Source of the DNA: Candidatus Poribacteria bacterium | GTDB taxonomy: Bacteria > Poribacteria > WGA-4E > UBA9662 | DNA length: 10,506 bases | NCBI GenBank assembly: GCA_036339735.1 | Contig: JAYZAL010000054.1 | Span: 1-10,506 of the forward strand | Direction: 5' to 3' | In this document: positions 8,236-10,506 of the stretch, in pieces | Numbering within the stretch: position 1 is the first letter of the stretch | How the letters are laid out: every line of letters starts with the position of its first letter | The notes under the pieces: generated by a model | Database searches by the model: none | Seen by the model: the letters and a program-made list of their open reading frames with translations, nothing else | Told to the model about the DNA's origin: nothing | Program-made: the position numbers and the translations under genes

Positions 8236-8242
8236 ATCATCG

Positions 8243-8265
8243 TTGTCCCAAAAATGTTACAAAAA
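8243..8265 (+). promoter_or_regulatory. Pho-box-like (OmpR/PhoB family) tandem direct repeat with 11-bp period
   Basis: TGTCCCAAAAA (8244-8254) is followed immediately by TGTTACAAAAA (8255-8265), resembling CTGTCAT-N4(AT-rich)-CTGTCAY. Confidence 0.35.
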
Positions 8266-8354
8266 CATCTCAGGTCTTTATCAACCATTAGCAATTAATT
8301 AGAAGTAGTATTTACCTGATGTTGCGGTACTACTTTCTGGTATCTTAGAACTGA

Positions 8355-9071
8355 ATGCTAACTGAATTACAAAAACTTTCTTCATCCTTCCAATTAACCG
8401 AATCAGCGACGTCGCAGTTGCCAAAAGCGTTTTCTGTTATAGTGAGTCTTTTATTAGCTTTTGTCTTGGGCACGGTTATCTCTATAGTCTATCGTTGGAC
8501 ACATAAACGTATTGCTAGTAAGTCTTTCATGGAATCTTTAATTCTTCTATCGATGTTGATAACGGTTGTAATGGTAGTTATTGGGGATAGCGTGGCTCGT
8601 GCTTTCAGCTTGGTTGGAGCATTATCCATTATCCGGTTTCGAACTGTGGTACGAAACCCACGTGATATTGCCTTTGTCTTTTTCGTTTTGGCGATTGGTA
8701 TGGGAATTGGTGCAGGAAATCCATTAATTTCAGTAGTTGCAACTTTTACAATTTGTTTAATTGTATTGGGGCTAAATTTCACTCCTACTTTATTCAGAAA
8801 GTGGGGGAAAACAAAAAATAATCAAACAAGCAAAAGAGAGTTTATCCTTTCTTTCAAAGAGCTATCATCACAAGAAACCCAATCGAATTACTTAAGTGTT
8901 TTTTCTCGATATTTATCCAATTATCATCAACTAGAACAAAGGTTAACAAAGTCAGGAAAAACCGAACGAACCTTTTACATTTGTTTAAAACGAGAAGCCG
9001 ATTGGACCGATTTCACTTCAGAACTCAGATCATTTGAATCTATTTCTTCCATCACCTTGCAAGAAGAGTAA
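8355..9071 (+). CDS. DUF4956 domain-containing integral membrane protein (MgtC/SapB-like N-terminal TM region plus soluble C-terminal domain)
   Basis: Family signature VMVVIGDSVARAFSLVGALSIIRFRTVVRNPRDIAFVFFVLAIGMGIGAG, several hydrophobic segments, and a soluble alpha/beta C-terminus. Confidence 0.92.
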   Translation: MLTELQKLSSSFQLTESATSQLPKAFSVIVSLLLAFVLGTVISIVYRWTHKRIASKSFMESLILLSMLITVVMVVIGDSVARAFSLVGALSIIRFRTVVRNPRDIAFVFFVLAIGMGIGAGNPLISVVATFTICLIVLGLNFTPTLFRKWGKTKNNQTSKREFILSFKELSSQETQSNYLSVFSRYLSNYHQLEQRLTKSGKTERTFYICLKREADWTDFTSELRSFESISSITLQEE

Positions 9072-9133
9072 ACAGGCAGAAAAACCTGAAGTGCCACTGT
9101 TTCTCTTATTGACTCTTCGCAGATAAACTTGAC

Positions 9134-10018
9134 ATGACACGACAGATTTTATTGCTAATTCTATTAATCGGGTTAAGTTTAATTTTGTTAGTACTGTACG
9201 ATCTGGTTCCAACACCCAATTCGGCCGAACAACAAATTACAGTTACGCAATTGCCTCACAAATGGGTCGGTAACATTCTATCCTTTCCAGAAGAAGAACT
9301 TTCTGGAATTACCTACCATACAAAACGAAAAACGCTCTTCACTATCAATGACGAAGGTGGACTCAGTGAATACCTAACAGATGGCCGGGTAGTACGTCAA
9401 GAAATGATAAATAGCGATGATTTGGAAGGCTTAACCGTTGATCCAACAAGTGGACTTTTATATGCAGTAATCGAAGGACGTGATTCAATTTTGGAGATTT
9501 CCCCTCAAGATTTTAAAATTCGGTATGAATTTCGCATTGATCGAGATTTTGAGGGAAGAGAATTACTCAAAAAAGGTGGTATGGGACTAGAAGCCATTAC
9601 GTTTGTCGCTGATAAAAGTCATGCTGAAGGAGGTACATTTTGGGTGGGCAACCAATCCTTCAGCCTTAAACCAAACAAAGAACCATCAATTGTCTGTCAA
9701 ATCGAAGTGCCTATTAAAACTCGTCAACAACAACAAAAAAGAGGAATTATAAAAAAATTGAAAGGGAAAATTGTACAATTTTTCCCACTAGATATTATTG
9801 ATGTGTCAGGCTTAATGTTCGACCAAAATAGAAAGAGACTATTAGTTTTAAGCGATACAACCAACCTACTACTAGAAATGTCTCTCGATGGAAAGATTTG
9901 GCGCCGATATCTTCTAACAGGTGAGGATCAAGAAGGTATAACTTTAGACCATATGGGTTTCCTCTATTTCGCTCAAGAAAATGGTCAAATTATTAAGCTT
10001 GAAGATCGAAGAGAATAA
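9134..10018 (+). CDS. SdiA-regulated domain (YjiK-like) beta-propeller protein with N-terminal signal/membrane anchor
   Basis: Repeated blade motifs ELSGITYH..LFTINDEG, DLEGLT, GLEAIT, DVSGL..LLVLSD, DQEGITLD..G.LY..QE. Hydrophobic N-terminus ILLLILLIGLSLILLVLY. Confidence 0.85.
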   Translation: MTRQILLLILLIGLSLILLVLYDLVPTPNSAEQQITVTQLPHKWVGNILSFPEEELSGITYHTKRKTLFTINDEGGLSEYLTDGRVVRQEMINSDDLEGLTVDPTSGLLYAVIEGRDSILEISPQDFKIRYEFRIDRDFEGRELLKKGGMGLEAITFVADKSHAEGGTFWVGNQSFSLKPNKEPSIVCQIEVPIKTRQQQQKRGIIKKLKGKIVQFFPLDIIDVSGLMFDQNRKRLLVLSDTTNLLLEMSLDGKIWRRYLLTGEDQEGITLDHMGFLYFAQENGQIIKLEDRRE

Positions 10019-10137
10019 GTGAATCCTATTGCTGTATCCCACACAAATTGATAAAATTAGTAACGATATCAATCGTTGGGTGGACATCTCCAGTTGCGAG
10101 CAAATCAGTTTGATGAAAGACTCAAACAAGAAGCGGT

Positions 10138-10506
10138 ATGAAAAAAGAAGAAATCGAATTTTACGATGATGAGATTGACTTGTTCGAGTACGTTAGTCTA
10201 TTCTGGCGCAGAAAATGGCTAATCATTTTTATCACGCTCATCTGTTGTAGTGTGGCAATTTTTTATGCTCTTTACGTGGCAGAAGAAATATTTGAATCAA
10301 AAACTACGCTAATGCCACTAAAATCATCAGCCGGTGGAGGATTATCTTCGCTACGTTCGATCGTACCTGCAGGACTAGGGTTTAACTTGCCAGTGGGTCA
10401 AGGTGAAGCGGATGTGAATCGATTTATCAATATTTTAAATAGTCGTACGATAACAGAAGTAGTTGCCAAAGAACTCAACTTAATAGATCAGCTTTATCCT
10501 AGTTTG
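10138..10506 (+). CDS. Wzz/FepE/Etk N-terminal domain polysaccharide co-polymerase (chain-length determinant), partial, runs off the window end; absent from the ORF track
   Basis: ATG 10138 translates to MKKEEIEFYDDEIDLFEYVSLFWRRKWLIIFITLICCSVAIFYALYVAEEIFESKTTLMP..GGGLSSL..FINILNSRTI.., showing the classic DEIDL..LWRRKW-TM-(Y/F)ES..L..IL.SR pattern. No stop before 10506. Confidence 0.9.
   Translation, partial: MKKEEIEFYDDEIDLFEYVSLFWRRKWLIIFITLICCSVAIFYALYVAEEIFESKTTLMPLKSSAGGGLSSLRSIVPAGLGFNLPVGQGEADVNRFINILNSRTITEVVAKELNLIDQLYPSL

Noticed and set aside
8489-10129. Antisense ORFs 8489-8782, 9030-9215 and 9944-10129
   Set aside because: They overlap the DUF4956 or YjiK-like genes on the opposite strand and have no family signal.
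10029-10169. 46-codon + strand ORF (TTG start; internal ATG 10113, MKDSNKKRYEKRRNRILR) overlapping the Wzz start
   Set aside because: No convincing SD and no recognisable motif, and the basic tail is explained by the A-rich Wzz 5' end read in another frame. A leader peptide cannot be fully excluded.

Overview
AT-rich bacterial window with six genes and no mobile element, CRISPR array or RNA gene that I can see. In order: (1) a + strand PHP-domain (CehA/McbA-like) metallohydrolase whose true start lies upstream of the ORF-track ATG, apparently at a non-canonical ATT codon; (2-3) a - strand pair of large secreted multidomain proteins, a lamin-tail x3 / CBM-like / CotH-kinase protein followed by an FN3 / TPR / thioredoxin-like / FBXL4-N-like protein; (4-6) divergently on the + strand, a DUF4956 membrane protein, an SdiA-regulated (YjiK-like) beta-propeller protein and a Wzz/FepE/Etk-type polysaccharide co-polymerase cut off by the window end. 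The divergent intergenic region has a perfect extended -10 promoter, a pho-box-like 11-bp tandem repeat and several interlocking inverted repeats. Best system-level hypothesis (inference): a phosphate-linked cell-surface phosphorylation module (CotH + DUF4956, with no VTC gene in the window) next to the start of a surface polysaccharide locus. Family calls are from motif recognition by eye; no searches were run.
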